Part shown: in pieces, positions 22,180 to 36,495 of the stretch
How positions within the stretch are numbered: the first letter of the stretch is position 1
How the letters are laid out: every line of letters starts with the position of its first letter
DNA from: Eledone cirrhosa
Taxonomy: Eukaryota
NCBI GenBank assembly: GCA_964016885.1
Contig: OZ024740.1
Coordinates: 343,294,001 to 343,358,000, forward strand
Direction of reading: 5' to 3'
Length of the DNA stretch: 64,000 nt
Program-made: the position numbers and the translations under genes
Notes under the pieces: model-generated
Told to the model about the DNA's origin: nothing
Seen by the model: the letters and a program-made list of their open reading frames with translations, nothing else
Databases searched by the model: none

Positions 22180-24895
22180 TAGTGGTGGTGGTAGAGACGG
22201 TAGTTGTGGTGGTGGTAGAGGTGGTAGTCGTGGTGGTGGTAGAGACGGTAGTCGTGGTGGTGGTAGAGACGGTAGTCGTGGTGGTGGTAGAGGTGGTAGT
22301 TGTGGTGGTGGTAGAGGTGGTAGTTGTGGTGGATGTAGAGGTGGTAGTCGTGGTGGTGGTAGAGACGGTAGTCGTGGTGGTGGTAGAGGTGGTAGTTGTG
22401 GTGGATGTAGAGGTGGTAGTTGTGGAGGTGGTAGAGACGGTAGTCGTGGTGCTGGTAGAGACGGTAGTCGTGGTGGTGGTAGAGGTGGTAGTTGTGGTGG
22501 TGGTAGAGACGGTACTTGTGGTGGTGGTAGAGACGGTAGTTGTGGTGGTGGTAGAGGTGTTAGTCGTCGTGGTGGTAGAGGTGGTAGTAGTGGTGGTGGT
22601 AGAGGTGGTAATTGTGGAGGTGGTAGAGACGGTAGTCGTGGTGCTGGTAGAGACGGTAGTCGTGGTGGTGGTAGAGGTGGTAGTTGTGGTGGTGGTAGAG
22701 GTGGTAGTTGTGGTGGATGTAGAGGTGGTAGTCGTGGTGCTGGTAGAGACGGTAGTCGTGGTGCTGGTAGAGACGGTAGTCGTGGTGGTGGTAGAGGTGG
22801 TAGTTGTGGTGGTGGTAGAGACAGTAGTTGTGGTGGTGGTAGAGGTGGTAGTTGTGGTGGTGGTAGAGGTGTTAGTCGTCGTGGTGGTAGAGGTGGTAGT
22901 TGTGGTGGTGGTAGAGGTGGTAATTGTGGAGGTGGTAGAGACGGTAGTCGTGGTGCTGGTAGAGACGGTAGTCGTGGTGGTGGTAGAGGTGGTAGCTGTG
23001 GTGGTGGTAGAGACGGTAGTCGTGGTGCTGGTAGAGACGGTAGTCGTGGTGGTGGTAGAAGTGGTAGTTGTGGTGGTGGTAGAGACGGTAGTTGTGGTGG
23101 TGGTAGAGGTGGTAGTTGTGGTGGTGGTAGAGGTGTTAGTCGTCGTGGTGGTAGAGGTGGTAGTTGTGGTGGTGGTAGAGGTGGTAATTGTGGAGGTGGT
23201 AGAGACGATAGTCGTGGTGCTGGTAGAGACGGTAGTCGTGGTGGTGGTAGAGGTGGTAGTTGTGGTGGTGGTAGAGACGGTAGTCGTGGTGCTGGTAGAG
23301 ACGGTAGTCGTGGTGGTGGTAGAGGTGGTAGTTGTGGTGGATGTAGAGGTGGTAGAGACGGTAGTCATGGTGCTGGTAGAGACGGTAGTCGTGGTGGTGG
23401 TAGAGGTGGTAGTTGTGGTGGATGTAGAGGTGGTAGTTGTGGAGGTGGTAGAGACGGTAGTCGTGGTGCTGATAGAGACGGTAGTCGAGGTGGTGGTAGA
23501 GGTGGTAGTTGTGGTGGTGGTAGAGACGGTAGTCGTGGTGCTGGTAGAGACGGTAGTCGTGGTGGTGGTAGAGGTGGTAGTTGTGGTGGATGTAGAGGTA
23601 GTAGTTGTGGAGGTGGTAGAGACGGTAGTCGGGGTGCTGGTAGAGACGGTAGTCGTGGTGGTGGTAGAGACGGTAGTCGTGGTGGTGGTAGAGGTGGTAG
23701 TTGTGGAGGTGGTAGAGACGGTAGTCGTGGTGGTGGTAGAGGTGGTAGTTGTGGTGGATGTAGAGGTAGTAGTTGTGGAGGTGGTAGAGGTGTTAGTCGT
23801 CGTGGTGGTAGAGGTGGTAGTAGTGGTGGTGGTAGAGGTGGTAGTTGTGGTGGTGGTAGAGGTGGTAGTTGTGGTGGTGGTAGAGGTGGTAGTTGTGGTG
23901 GTGGTAGAGGTGGTAGTAGTGGTGGTGGTAGAGGTGGTAGTTGTGGTGGTGGTAGAGGTGGTAGTTGTGGTGGTGGTAGAGGTGTTAGTCGTCGTGGTGG
24001 TAGAGGTGGTAGTAGTGGTGGTGGTAGAGGTGGTAGAGGTGGTGGTGGTAGAGGTGGTAGTTGTGGTGGTGGTAGAGGTGTTAGTCGTCGTGGTGGTAGA
24101 GGTGGTAGTAGTGGTGGTGGTAGAGGTGGTAGTTGTGGTGGTGGTAGAGGTGGTAGTTGTGGTGGTGGTAGAGGTGTTAGTCGTCGTGGTGGTAGAGGTG
24201 GTAGTAGTGGTGGTGGTAGAGGTGGTAGTTGTGGTGGTGGTAGAGGTGGTAGTTGTGGTGGTGGTAGAGGTGTTAGTCGTCGTGGTGGTAGAGGTGGTAG
24301 TAGTGGTGGTGGTAGAGGTGGTTGTTGTGGTGGTGGTAGAGGTGGTAGTTGTGGTGGTGGTACAGGTGGTAGTAGTGGTGGTGGTAGAGGTGGTAGTTGT
24401 GGTGGTGGTAGAGGTGGTAGTAGTGGTGGTGGTAGAGGTGGTAGTTGTGGTGGTGGTAGAGGTGGTAGTTGTGGTGGTGGTAGAGGTGGTAGTAGTGGTG
24501 GTGGTAGAGGTGGTAGTTGTGGTGGTGGTAGAGGTGGTAGTTGTGGTGGTGATAGAGGTGACAGTTGTGGTGGTGGTAGAGGTGGTAGTAGTGGTGGTGG
24601 TAGAGGTGGTAGTTGTGGTGGTGGTAGAGGTGATAGTTGTGGTGGTGGTAGAGGTGGTAGTTGTGGTGGTGGTAGAGGTGGTAGTTGTGGTTGTGGTAGA
24701 GGTGGTAGTTGTGGTCGTGGTAGAGGTGGTAATTGTGGTGGTGGTAGAGGTGGTAGTTGTGGTGATGGTAGAGACGGTAGTTGTGGTGGTGGTAGAGGTG
24801 GTAGTTGTGGTGGTGGTAGAGACGGTAGTTGTGGTGATGGTAGAGACGGTAGTCGTGGTGGTGGTAGAGGTGGTAGTTGTGGTGGTGGTAGAAAT
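22180..24895. repeat. 24-bp GGT-based minisatellite (ggtggtggtagaggtggtagttgt)n
   Basis: Period of 24 bp with patterned variants; most frames are stop-free. Confidence 0.95.
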
Positions 24896-25009
24896 AGTGT
24901 ACAGTGACTAAGGCAGAAAGGTGGTAGTATTGAATAATGATGGTAGTGGTGGTGATGGTGGTAGAAGTTATGTGCTGAGTGGTGGGGATAGTCATGTTGG
25001 CTGAAGTAG

Positions 25010-26400
25010 TGGTGATGGTGGTAGTGTTGGTGCTGGTGTTGGTGGTAGTGGTAGTGGCGGCGATGGTTGTGGTGGTGGTGGTGATGGTGCTGGTGTTGGT
25101 GGTAGTGGTAGTGGCGGCGATGGTTGTGGTGGTTGTGGTGTTGGTGCTGGTGTTGGTGGTAGCGGTAGTGGCGGCGATGGTTGTGGTGGTGGTGGTGATG
25201 GTGCTGGTGTTGGGGGTAGTGGTAGTGGCGGCGATGGTTGTGGTGGTTGTGGTGATGGTGCTGGTGTTGGGGGTAGTGGTAGTGGCTGCGATGGTTGTGG
25301 TGGTTGTGGTGATGGTGCTGGTGTTGGGGGTAGTGGTAGTGGCTGCGATGGTTGTGGTGGTTGTGGTGTTGGTGCTGGTGTTGGTGGTAGCGGTAGTGGC
25401 GGCGATGGTTGTGGTGGTGGTGGTGATGGTGCTGGTGTTGGGGGTAGTGGTAGTGGCGGCGATGGTTGTGGTGGTTGTGGTGATAGTGCTGGTGTTGGGG
25501 GTAGTGGTAGTGGCTGCGATGGTTGTGGTGGTTGTGGTGATGGTGCTGGTGTTGGGGGTAGTGGTAGTGGCTGCGATGGTTGTGGTGGTTGTGGTGTTGG
25601 TGCTGGTGTTGAGGGTAGTGGTAGTGGCTGCGATGGTTGTGGTGGTTGTGGTGATGGTGCTGGTGTTGGGGGTAGTGGTAGTGGCTGCGATGGTTGTGGT
25701 GGTTGTGGTGATGGTGCTGGTGTTGGGGGTAGTGGTAGTGGCTGCGATGGTTGTGGTGGTGGTGGTGATGGTGCTGGTGTTGGGGGTAGTGGTAGTGGCT
25801 GCGATGGTTGTGGTGGTGGTGGTGATGGTGCTGGTGTTGGGGGTAGTGGTAGTGGCTGCGATGGTTGTGGTGGTTGTGGTGATGGTGCTGGTGTTGGGGG
25901 TAGTGGTAGTGGCTGCGATGGTTGTGGTGGTTGTGGTGATGGTGCTGGTGTTGGGGGTAGTGGTAGTGGCGGCGATGGTTGTGGTGGTTGTGGTGATGGT
26001 GCTGGTGTTGGGGGTAGTGGTAGTGGCTGCGATGGTTGTGGTGGTTGTGGTGATGGTGCTGGTGTTGGGGGTAGTGGTAGTGGCTGCGATGGTTGTGGTG
26101 GTTGTGGTGTTGGTGCTGGTGTTGGTGGTAGCGGTAGTGGCGGCGATGGTTGTGGTGGTGGTGGTTTTGGTGCTGGTGTTGGGGGTAGCGGTAGTGGCGG
26201 CGATGGTTGTGGTGGTGGTGGTGGTATTGGTAGTGGCGGTAATGATGATAGTAGTGGCGGTGGTGGCGGAAGTAATAGGAATGGTGATGGAGGGGTAGTG
26301 GTAATGGTTGTGGTGGTAGTGGTGATGGTGGTGATGGTGCTGGTGTTGGGGGTAGTGGTAGTGGCGGCGTTGGTTGTGGTGGTTGTGGTGGTGGTGGTAT
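25010..26400. repeat. 60-bp tandem repeat
   Basis: Consecutive 60-nt lines 25561-26101 repeat almost identically (gtagtggtagtggctgcgatggttgtggtggttgtggtgatggtgctggtgttgggg). Confidence 0.9.
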
Positions 26401-26630
26401 TGGTAGTGGCGGTAATGATGATAGTAGTGGCGGTGGTGGCGGCGGAAGTAATAGGAATGGTGGTGGAGGGGTAGAGGTAGTGGCGGCGATGGTTGTAGTG
26501 GTGGTGGTGGCAGCGGTGGCGGAGATAGTTTAACTAAGGAATACCTGGGGGTAAAGTTAGGAAACGTTTACAAAAGAATAGAAGTATCCGTTACATACAC
26601 AGCCGCATACATTCAGAGAAACACGCACAC

Positions 26631-26711
<81 letters not shown>

Positions 26712-26976
26712 AGAGAGAAACAAATGCATATACAGAGCACATATGCATGTGTTGGACGTTCGCCGGTTGTGTCGACCTAGACGCAATCAGCGGGATTCAG
26801 CATGATATGGGGTGTGACAAAGCTGACCCCATTCAATTACTGGTACTGGCATACATGTATATACAATAGACATATATACATACAGCTTGAAGAGGTAATC
26901 AAAGAGAAGAAAGAGTGAAGGTTTGGAAGAGATGATCAATAAAGGAAAGGAACAACACACATACACCCCACCTCCC

Positions 26977-27018
<42 letters not shown>

Positions 27019-27092
27019 CGAAGGAAATGTGGTAAGGAACCAGGTGGACCATAATGTTCCAAAGTACTCAATACTTAGGGTAGTAGAGTGGG

Positions 27093-27138
<46 letters not shown>

Positions 27139-27145
27139 TTTCATT

Positions 27146-27214
<69 letters not shown>

Positions 27215-27216
<2 letters not shown>

Positions 27217-27295
27217 CGTGAGGTTGTGAGTTCGATTCCCGGACCGGGTGGTGCGTTGTGTCTTTGAGCAAGACACTTTATTTCACGTTGCTCCT
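27215..27295 (+). mobile_element. tRNA-derived CORE-like SINE fragment
   Basis: gaggttgtgagttcgattccc (B-box) followed by ttgagcaagacacttt; same head as 35780-35880. Confidence 0.6.
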
Positions 27296-27330
27296 TTGAC
27301 GAAAGTCGTTCGACTATCTATCTCTCTCTT

Positions 27331-27385
<55 letters not shown>

Positions 27386-27395
27386 CTCTCTCTCT

Positions 27396-27437
<42 letters not shown>

Positions 27438-27559
27438 ACATTTTTCTAGGGGTAATTTACCCGATTTTCTGAACTATTGTTTGTAGTGATTGATTATTAT
27501 TATTGTCATTTTCATCAGGACGCCCACATTTCAAGTATAAATACATAAATACACACACA

Positions 27560-27648
<89 letters not shown>

Positions 27649-27779
27649 AGGGGTAATGGTGGTTGTGTGTGTATCTGTGTGTATCTATACTATATATATG
27701 TGTGTGCGTTTGTATGTATTTATACTTGTATGTGTGTATACATATATTTATGCACACATACACACACACACACACTATG

Positions 27780-27962
27780 TGGATTGGCAGTATCGGTAGA
27801 GGGTCGGACGCCATGCTTTGACGCATAGAGTTACGGCCCTTGCCATTCCGAGTTCAAATCCCGCCGAGGTTAACTTTGCCTTTCATCCTTACGGGGTCGA
27901 TAAAATAAAGTACCAGTAATGTACTGGGTAATTTCTGGCCTTGTGCCAAAAGTAGAAACAAC
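27780..27962 (+). mobile_element. Near full-length SINE (short tail type)
   Basis: A-box-like tggcagtatcgg, B-box gagttcaaatcc, and the shared body and tail. Confidence 0.8.
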
Positions 27963-28027
27963 TATATATATATATATATGTTATGGAGTACTGTTGGCTT
28001 CTCGCTAAAACAGTTTCTATATTTTTC

Positions 28028-28068
<41 letters not shown>

Positions 28069-28103
28069 CACACACACATATATATGCAGCATATATGTAT
28101 GTA

Positions 28104-28143
<40 letters not shown>

Positions 28144-28549
28144 CGTGTGTGTGTGTGTGTGTTTGTATGTATGTATATACATATAAAGAGAGAGAAATGA
28201 GAGAGAGGTGGGTGTTTAAAGTAGTCGTAGCAGCAGCAGGAACAGCAGCAGTAGCAGTGCCTGGAAAAGAAGTGGTACATCTTTAGTGGGAGTGAGTGCT
28301 GCGGAAGGAGGGATGGGGTGACTACGTATGGAGCAACGGTTGGTTAGGCAATAATTCAGCGCCTCTATCAACGTCCATCTGCTTCTTACGATGACGCAGC
28401 CAGCCGCTTTAAATCACAGGCCACTTACCTTCTGCTTTTGCTATCCTTTTGCAGTGTGCAGTGAGCAGTGTGCACTGAGCGGTGAGCAATGAGCAACGCA
28501 GCGTTTTTGCCTGCTGTCAATTCATCTTCCCTCACTCCCCCTGTTCCCC

Positions 28550-29333
28550 TTTCTCTCTCTCTCTCTCACGCATTCTCTCTCTCTCTCTCTCTTTCGCTCA
28601 TTCTCTCTTTCGCTATCAATCTCTCTCTCTTTCTCTCATTCTATCTTTCTCTCTTCTCTCATTCTCTCTCTCTCTATCAATCTCTCTCTCTTTCTCTCAT
28701 TCTCTCATTCTCTCTCTCTCTCCCTCTTTCTCCCTTTCTCCCATTCTCTCTCTCTCCCTCTTTCTCCCTTTCTCCCATTCTCTCATTCTCTCTCTGTCTC
28801 TCTCCCTTTCTCTCATTCTCTCATTCTCTCATTCTCTCATTCTCTCTCTCTCTCTATCAATCTCTCTCTCTTTCTCCCATTCTCTCTCTCTATCAATCTC
28901 TCTCTCTTTCTCTCTTTCTCTCATTCTCTCATTATCTCTCCCTCCCCCTCTCTCTCCCCTCTCCCTCTCTCTGTCTCTCATTCTCTCTCTATCTATCTCT
29001 CATTCTCTCTCTCTATCTATCTCTCATTCTCTCTCTCTATCAATCTCTCTCTCTCTCCCTATCTTTCTCTCATTCTCTCTCTTTCTCGCATTCTCTCTCT
29101 CTCTCACTCTCTCTCTTTCTCTCTTCTCCCTCTCTCTATCAATCTCTCTCTCTCTCTCTTTCTTTCCCTCTCTCTTTCTCACAGTATCTATCACTCTCTG
29201 TTTCACTAATACTACACCTCTCTTGCTTTTGTTCTCACACATACACAGACCCATACATAGAAACACTCACTATCTCCTTCTTACGCTCACTCCACTGTAC
29301 ACTTACTCACACACACACAGTCACACACACACA

Positions 29334-29389
<56 letters not shown>

Positions 29390-30760
29390 TACACATCCAC
29401 CCATCCACCCATACACACACACACTCACACAGACACACACACACTCACACAAACGTTGTCACACACACACACTCACACACACTCACACATACACACACTC
29501 ACACACACGCACACACTCACACTCACACCCATACACAAACACACACACACATACATACTCACACACACACACACACACACACACACCCATACACACACCC
29601 ATACACACACAACCACACACATATACACACACATCTCTCGCTCCTGCGCAGACTTTCTCATATAGCCGTTGTCTCCCTGTCCTCTTCCTCTCTCTCTCCC
29701 TGTTGTTGTGCACACACACATATCCCCACCTTCCTCTCTCACTCTCACTCTCTTTATCTATCTATCTGTTTCTCTCTCTCTCTCTCTATCCCCCTCCTTC
29801 TCTTTTATCCCCCCCCCTCTTCTACTTCCTTTGGAAATACTTCACCGCAAAAACCTCAAACACCAACACTTTTGCAGAAACCACACACACACACACACAC
29901 ACAATGACACACACACACACACAATGACACATACACACACAATGACACAGACACATACACACACACATACACACACACACATACACACACACACACACAC
30001 AATGACACAGACACATACACACACACACATACACACACATACAGACACACTCACACACACACACACACACTGACACAGACACACACACAGACACAGACAC
30101 GCACACACAGAGACACACACTGACACAAACACACACACATAGTGACACAGACACATACACACAAAGACACACACAGGCACATACACACTGAGACACATAC
30201 ACACAGACACACTCACACACACACATACACACAGACACAAACATACACAGAGACACTCACACACACACAGACACACACGCACACAGACACACAGACACAC
30301 AGACACAGACACATGCACACATAGACACACACTGACACAGATACATACACACAGACACACACATACACAGAGACACACACAGACACACTCACACACAGAC
30401 TCATACACACACGGAACACACACAGACACACACTGACACAGATACATACACACAGACACATACAGACACACTCACACACACGCACACAGACACACAGACA
30501 CACAGACACAGCCACATACACACACAGACACACATACACAGAGACACACACAGACACACTCACACACACAGACTCATACACACACAGAACACACACAGAC
30601 ACACACTGACACATATACTTACACACAGACTCATACACACACAGAACACACACAGTCACACACTGACACATATACATACACAGAGACACACACAGACGCA
30701 CTCACACACACAGACTCATACACACACAGACATACACACTCAGACACAGACACACGCACA
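28550..30760. repeat. Long degenerate (CT)n then (CA)n low-complexity block
   Basis: Directly visible. Confidence 0.95.
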
Positions 30761-30833
30761 CTCTGCAACCCACCTTCTCTTATCTACATACTCTTTCATG
30801 AAATTCCTAATGTTTCCCCTCCTTGTCCTTCTT

Positions 30834-31962
30834 CTACTACCACTACAACTACCACTACTACAACCACCACTACAACTACCAGTACTACAACTACCACCAC
30901 TACAACTACCACTACAATTACCACTACTACAACTACCACTACAACTACTATAACTACCACTACTACAACTACCACTACCACTACTACAACTAACACTACA
31001 ACTGCTACTACAACTACCACTACTATAACTACCATTACAACTACCACTACAACTACCACTATTATAACTACCATTACAACTACCACTACAACTACCACTA
31101 CTATAACTACCACTACAACTACCACTGCCACTACAACTACCTCTACAACTACCACTACTATAACTACCACTACAACTACCACTACTATAACTACCATTAC
31201 AACTACCACTACTATAACTACCATTATAACTACCACTACTATAACTACCACTACAACTACCACTACTATAACTACCACTACAACTACCACTACTATAACT
31301 ACCATTACAACTACCACTACAACTACCACTACTACAACTACAACTATAACTGCTACTACAACTACCACTACTACAACTACAACTACCACTACTATAACTA
31401 CCATTACAACTACCACTACAACTACCACTACTATAACTACCACTACAACAACCACTACAACTACCACTACACATCATCACCATTAATATTACCACCACCA
31501 CTACAACAATAACAACAACAGCTTCTAGCCTTATCACCACCACCACCACCGCCACAACAACAACAATAACAAAAGCAACAACACCTTCTACTCCATCCTC
31601 ATCTTGATCACAACTACACAACGACACTACCACAACCAGCACCTCCACCACCACCACCAACATCACCACAACTACCGCAACAACCACCACCATCAGCACC
31701 ACCATCACCACCACAACCACCACCACCACCACCACCAGCTTCCACCACCACTACCACCACCACTACTCCCACAACCACCACCACTACCATCACCATCACC
31801 ACCGCCACCATCACCACCACCACCATCACCACCACCACCACAACAAAATCCACCACCACCACCACCACCACCACTACCACCACCTTCCACTACCATCACC
31901 ACCACTACCACCACCACCACTACCACCACCACTACCCCCACAACCACCAACACCATCACCAT

Positions 31963-31993
<31 letters not shown>

Positions 31994-32294
31994 ACCACCA
32001 CAATCCCAACAGCTTCTACTCCGCTCCCCATTGCGATCACAACTACAGCACATCAGCACCACTACAACCACAATCACAACAACAGTTTCCACCTAATCCT
32101 TATCACGTCTACTACAACCACCACCAGCAGGCACCACCCACTCACTGCCTCCGAAACTACAACAACCACCATCGCCAGCTGCATTTTCCCCTCCCTTTTT
32201 CCTTGTTTCTTTTTCACCAGTTTGTTGTTGATAATGTTGTTAGTGCTGCAGTTGTTTTGCATTGTCCTCCTCCTCCACCTCCTCCTCCTCCTCT

Positions 32295-32337
<43 letters not shown>

Positions 32338-32353
32338 GCTGCTGCTGCTGTTG

Positions 32354-32410
<57 letters not shown>

Positions 32411-32578
32411 TTACTATTATTACTACTTCTTGTTGTTGTGTCCTTCTCCGCGCATAACTCTACCACCAAAGTACCCAGAACGCAAAGTGCCGGAAGGGGT
32501 ACAGCAATTCTTCTTCTTCTTCTTCTTCTTCTTCTTCTTCTTCTTCTTCTTCTTCTTCTTCTTCTTCTTCTTCTTCTT
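30834..32578. repeat. Degenerate (ACT/ACC/ACA)n tracts ending in pure (ACT)n and (TTC)n
   Basis: Directly visible. Confidence 0.9.
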
Positions 32579-32648
32579 CAGGAAACTGAAGCAAAACATT
32601 TCATTTACACTATGTTATTCACTTCGTCATTGCATACGCCTAATTTGG

Positions 32649-32875
32649 CCCTTTCGTTACCGTTTTTATAATGAAAAACTGTCTATAATTTTCAAATAAT
32701 CAAGAATTTGGGTGGAGTTAGTAAAATAGCTTTATCATTATTGAGCTGTTGTTTGCAACAAATTTCCTTATATAAAATTATATTGAAAACTTTATTGGTA
32801 AATATAAACCCTTTACAAGAAACAGATTTGTCTCGTAGAACCAATAGTAGTTTCAGGAGGTTTGGTATCAAAAGG
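32649..32875. mobile_element. Decayed piggyBac-like MITE
   Basis: Imperfect TIRs ccctttcgttacc / ggtatcaaaagg; the TTAA flanks are degraded. Confidence 0.35.
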
Positions 32876-33795
32876 TTATGTTAAGGGCATAAACTCACAA
32901 TTAATGTCAACGTTTAAAAATAAAATTGTAGCAGTTATTTCAACGACGAAGACATCACTCCTGATCCTCTTCACAGACATGGCTGGAATGCATTAAAAAA
33001 AGTGAACTTTACTAAGGGCACTTAATGACCAAGTCATGGTTTTAAGCTAGTCGATGCATTAAGCATAAGATTGGTTCCTCCGACGAAATTCTACAGAAAC
33101 TTTGGCAACCAAATTTAACTCACAAGGCTTTGGTCGATCCGACAGTTTCCTAAGGTACTGTGCAGGAAGATCAAACTCGTAACCACATAGTTGTGAAGCG
33201 GACTTCTTGTCCATACAGCCATGCCTATGGTCACATTTTGAACTCAAAATGTGATTAAATACTTTAAGACATTTAGTCCGGAGCTGTACCGATTCTATTA
33301 TTCCACAGATTTATGCATTGATTTTTAACAAGGTCCTATATTTTTGTCCTGGTCTTAAATCAATAGATAAAAGTTGACCGAACCGAGATGTAAAGTGCTT
33401 TGCTAAGTCCTTGTATACTGAAAGATGAACGTCACAGATTCATGTCTGAAAAATTGCAGAGATTTTTTATTCATATTAAGAAATATTTATAATAATGTTT
33501 AACTTAGGCAGAAAACCGAAGCGGAAGAGTAGTAGAAAGGAATATGACCGAGACATAGTCAGATTGTTACACACACACCTACACACACACACACACACAT
33601 ACACACATACACACACACACACACACACATACACACACACCTACACACACATATATATATATATGTATATATATAGAGAGAGAGAAAGAGAAAGAGATAC
33701 ATAGATAGATAAATAGATAGATAGACTATATGGAGAGAAAGTATAAGACCGAGAAAGAAAAGAAATACAAAGAAAGGGAAATAATGTGTGTGTGT

Positions 33796-33845
<50 letters not shown>

Positions 33846-34959
33846 TAGTGCGAGAGAAGGGAGAGAAAGAGTAAGAAAGAGAGAGAAAGAGAGATAGAGG
33901 GTGTGTGAGAAAAGAGAGAAAGTGAGTGAAAAATCGAGGATGATTGGTATCGCTTTTACAACTGCTGCCAAATGGATATATGTCTAATTCGCTTAGAAGT
34001 TTAGAGTTTATTTACCTATCACACTGAGCACACCAATCATTTTGAAACTTCCCATCATTCTGTGCACAGTAGTTATGATGTAACCTTCCGCTTTATTTGT
34101 ATAGAAGACTTGTGTTGTAAAGAAAAGTAAGAAAACCATTACATAAATATGTACATTACAATACAGGCATTGCAGCGCTATGAATTCGTTAGAGAACGGT
34201 AAGGTGAGGGTTAACTGAAGCGATATTATTGTTTGTAGTCTTCTCCAAGTCTGCTGGTTTGGGCGATTAACCAAAATTTCAGTCGAGAACAATGGCCGTT
34301 TATATTCTTAGATATAGGATTGACCACTATTACAGCCGTCACCTGCAATCGTATATGACTTGGTAGTATATACAATGCTTTCGTTAATGGTTTTCCGTGC
34401 CCATGCAGTCGAGAGCAGACACAGACATTCTCTTGGTCTTCTCTCCTTTTATTCAGCAGAATATCCAGCAGGTAGTAGATGGAAGAAGAGGGAGCTTCAC
34501 CATCATTTTGTTCATACTTCCTTTATCAACTTCAAAACCATGAAATGTGAAGACCAAGAACCTAGAGATCAAGAACAAATATCCAACATTCTAACTTTTG
34601 GACAGAATAGAACAAAATATTCGTATATGATATAGAATATAGCAGAATAGAAAAGGATAGGAAGGATACTTTATTATATGATATAATAATATAATAATGG
34701 TTTCTGATTTAGGCACAAGGTGGCAATTCTGTGGCAGGGGAAAGTCGATTAAATCAACCCCAGTGCTTTATTTTATCGACCTCGTAAGGTTGAAAAGCAA
34801 AGCTAACCTCGGCGTAATATAAGATCGAGTATATTATGTTAGGATAAACAGAATTGGCTATATTAGTATAGAAGAACGGAATAAGATATAATACAATAGG
34901 ATATATGAGTAAATGATACAATAGAATAAACAGGATACGGTACAATAGCATAGAGTATA

Positions 34960-35235
34960 TTGTATGAATATACCTGTTACTTCTGATGGAGTCGTAAGGG
35001 TGTCGTAGTGACAGACAGCGATTTGGGGCCATTTATTTAAAACCTGGCAAAGCCCATCTCCTCTTCATGTCCATAAAGTTATAGTGAGGAAGTGAGAGAG
35101 AGATATAGAGGAAGAATAGAACCTAATACTGAATTGGTATTTTATATATCGAACTCGAAAGGATGAAATGTTGACCTCGGCGAGTTTTGAACAGAGAGCG
35201 CAGAGAGCCGAAACGAATACTCCAAAGCATACAGA
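34960..35235 (-). mobile_element. SINE copy (long tail type), decayed
   Basis: Reverse complement of the 3890-4225 body and tail. A short-tail copy lies next to it at ~34695-34815. Confidence 0.55.
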
Positions 35236-35779
35236 ATATATTAGTATGTTATAAGAGAATAGAATATAATTGATTGTATTCCGATATAATAGGATAGAAT
35301 AGAAAACAATAGAGAATGATTGAATAGGAAGCAATAGAACAAGATAAGATACAATAGAATAAAATAAAAACAGTAAAAAAGAACAGAGTAGAAAACAAGA
35401 ATGAGAATAAGAGAGTAGAATTACTTTTACAATTCTGTTTTGGAACGTGAAATAAGTATTGGAATTTTTCTTGATAGAGCGAAATATCACATATGGGTGG
35501 TACACGTTATTTTATGTGGTAGACGTAATATACCAACAGAACTAACAGCAGCAACTGGCTCCTGGGTAAATTTAGCGGAATCCTCTCTGTTGCAAATATT
35601 TGGGCTAGGTCTCTATTTTGAGGATACCTTCGCCATTCTCTCCCATCACTCCCAGGGACCTTGAAAAATGTCGCCCTTTCCTCCCTCAAAAAAGGACTAA
35701 CATATATAAAAAAAGCAAAAACAAACAGCCGGAGCAGGTAACATGGTTAGTAATAAGAGGGTAACATAATACAAATAGT

Positions 35780-35882
35780 GGTGGTGCGTGATTTAGTGGT
35801 TAGAAAGTTGGATTCACAATCATGAGGTTGTGAGTTCGATTCCTGGGCTGAGTGATGCATTGTGTTTATTTCTCGTTGCTCC
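35780..35882 (+). mobile_element. tRNA-derived SINE head
   Basis: tgatttagtggttag (A-box) ... gagttcgattcc (B-box). Confidence 0.6.
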
Positions 35883-36125
35883 TTCTGCCAATAGTTGCGA
35901 CAGGTAGATAGTAGTAGTAATTGGAAAGACCAATGGAAACATTGTTTCCTTGGTCCGATCTGACGAGTTCTATCCCACTAAGTAAGCGAATGGGGTCTGG
36001 GATCTTGTTGATTTCTTAAGAAAAAAGAACATAAGTTGAAATTATTGATCTTCTTTGACCCTAACTTAAAACTCCTCAAACCAACATATGATAAAGGCGT
36101 TCAATGAGCCCTTACTTATTTAAGA

Positions 36126-36495
36126 CTAGCTGACGTACCCAGCTTCGCCCAGGTAAACAAATAAGAGAAGACCGGTAGAAGAGAAACTGACTATATTGGA
36201 TGCGTTGTCGGCTTTACAGTATGAGGCGAAGCCGTGGTGTGCATGTGGGACAAAAAAAACAATAAAAGCAGTAAAAAGTCTTCCAGATAACCAGATTCTT
36301 CGTTTTACCATTCGTGTATAGTATATGAAGATTTCTAGGTGTTCCCCACTAGTGAACAACCTACATACAGCTGTCCATGGGTAAAAAGCTATTGTCTTGT
36401 ATTCAATCCTACAACTTTGAAACTCTGCGCCTGAGCTTATTTATGGCCATAGCAAAACTGGTCCTAACGTTCAATGAGTCCTTATTTATTTAAGA
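36126..36495 (-). mobile_element. Non-autonomous Helitron
   Basis: The minus strand starts A|TCTTAAATAAATAAGG and ends with the hairpin acctgggcgaagctgggt followed by acgtcagCTAG. Confidence 0.8.

Noticed and set aside
22049-26298. Plus-strand Gly-rich 952 aa and Val-rich 909/439 aa ORFs
   Set aside because: GGT-based satellites lack stops in most frames; no signal peptide or domain is visible.
35780-35850. Possible tRNA gene
   Set aside because: A and B boxes are present but there is no clean cloverleaf, and it runs into SINE body sequence.
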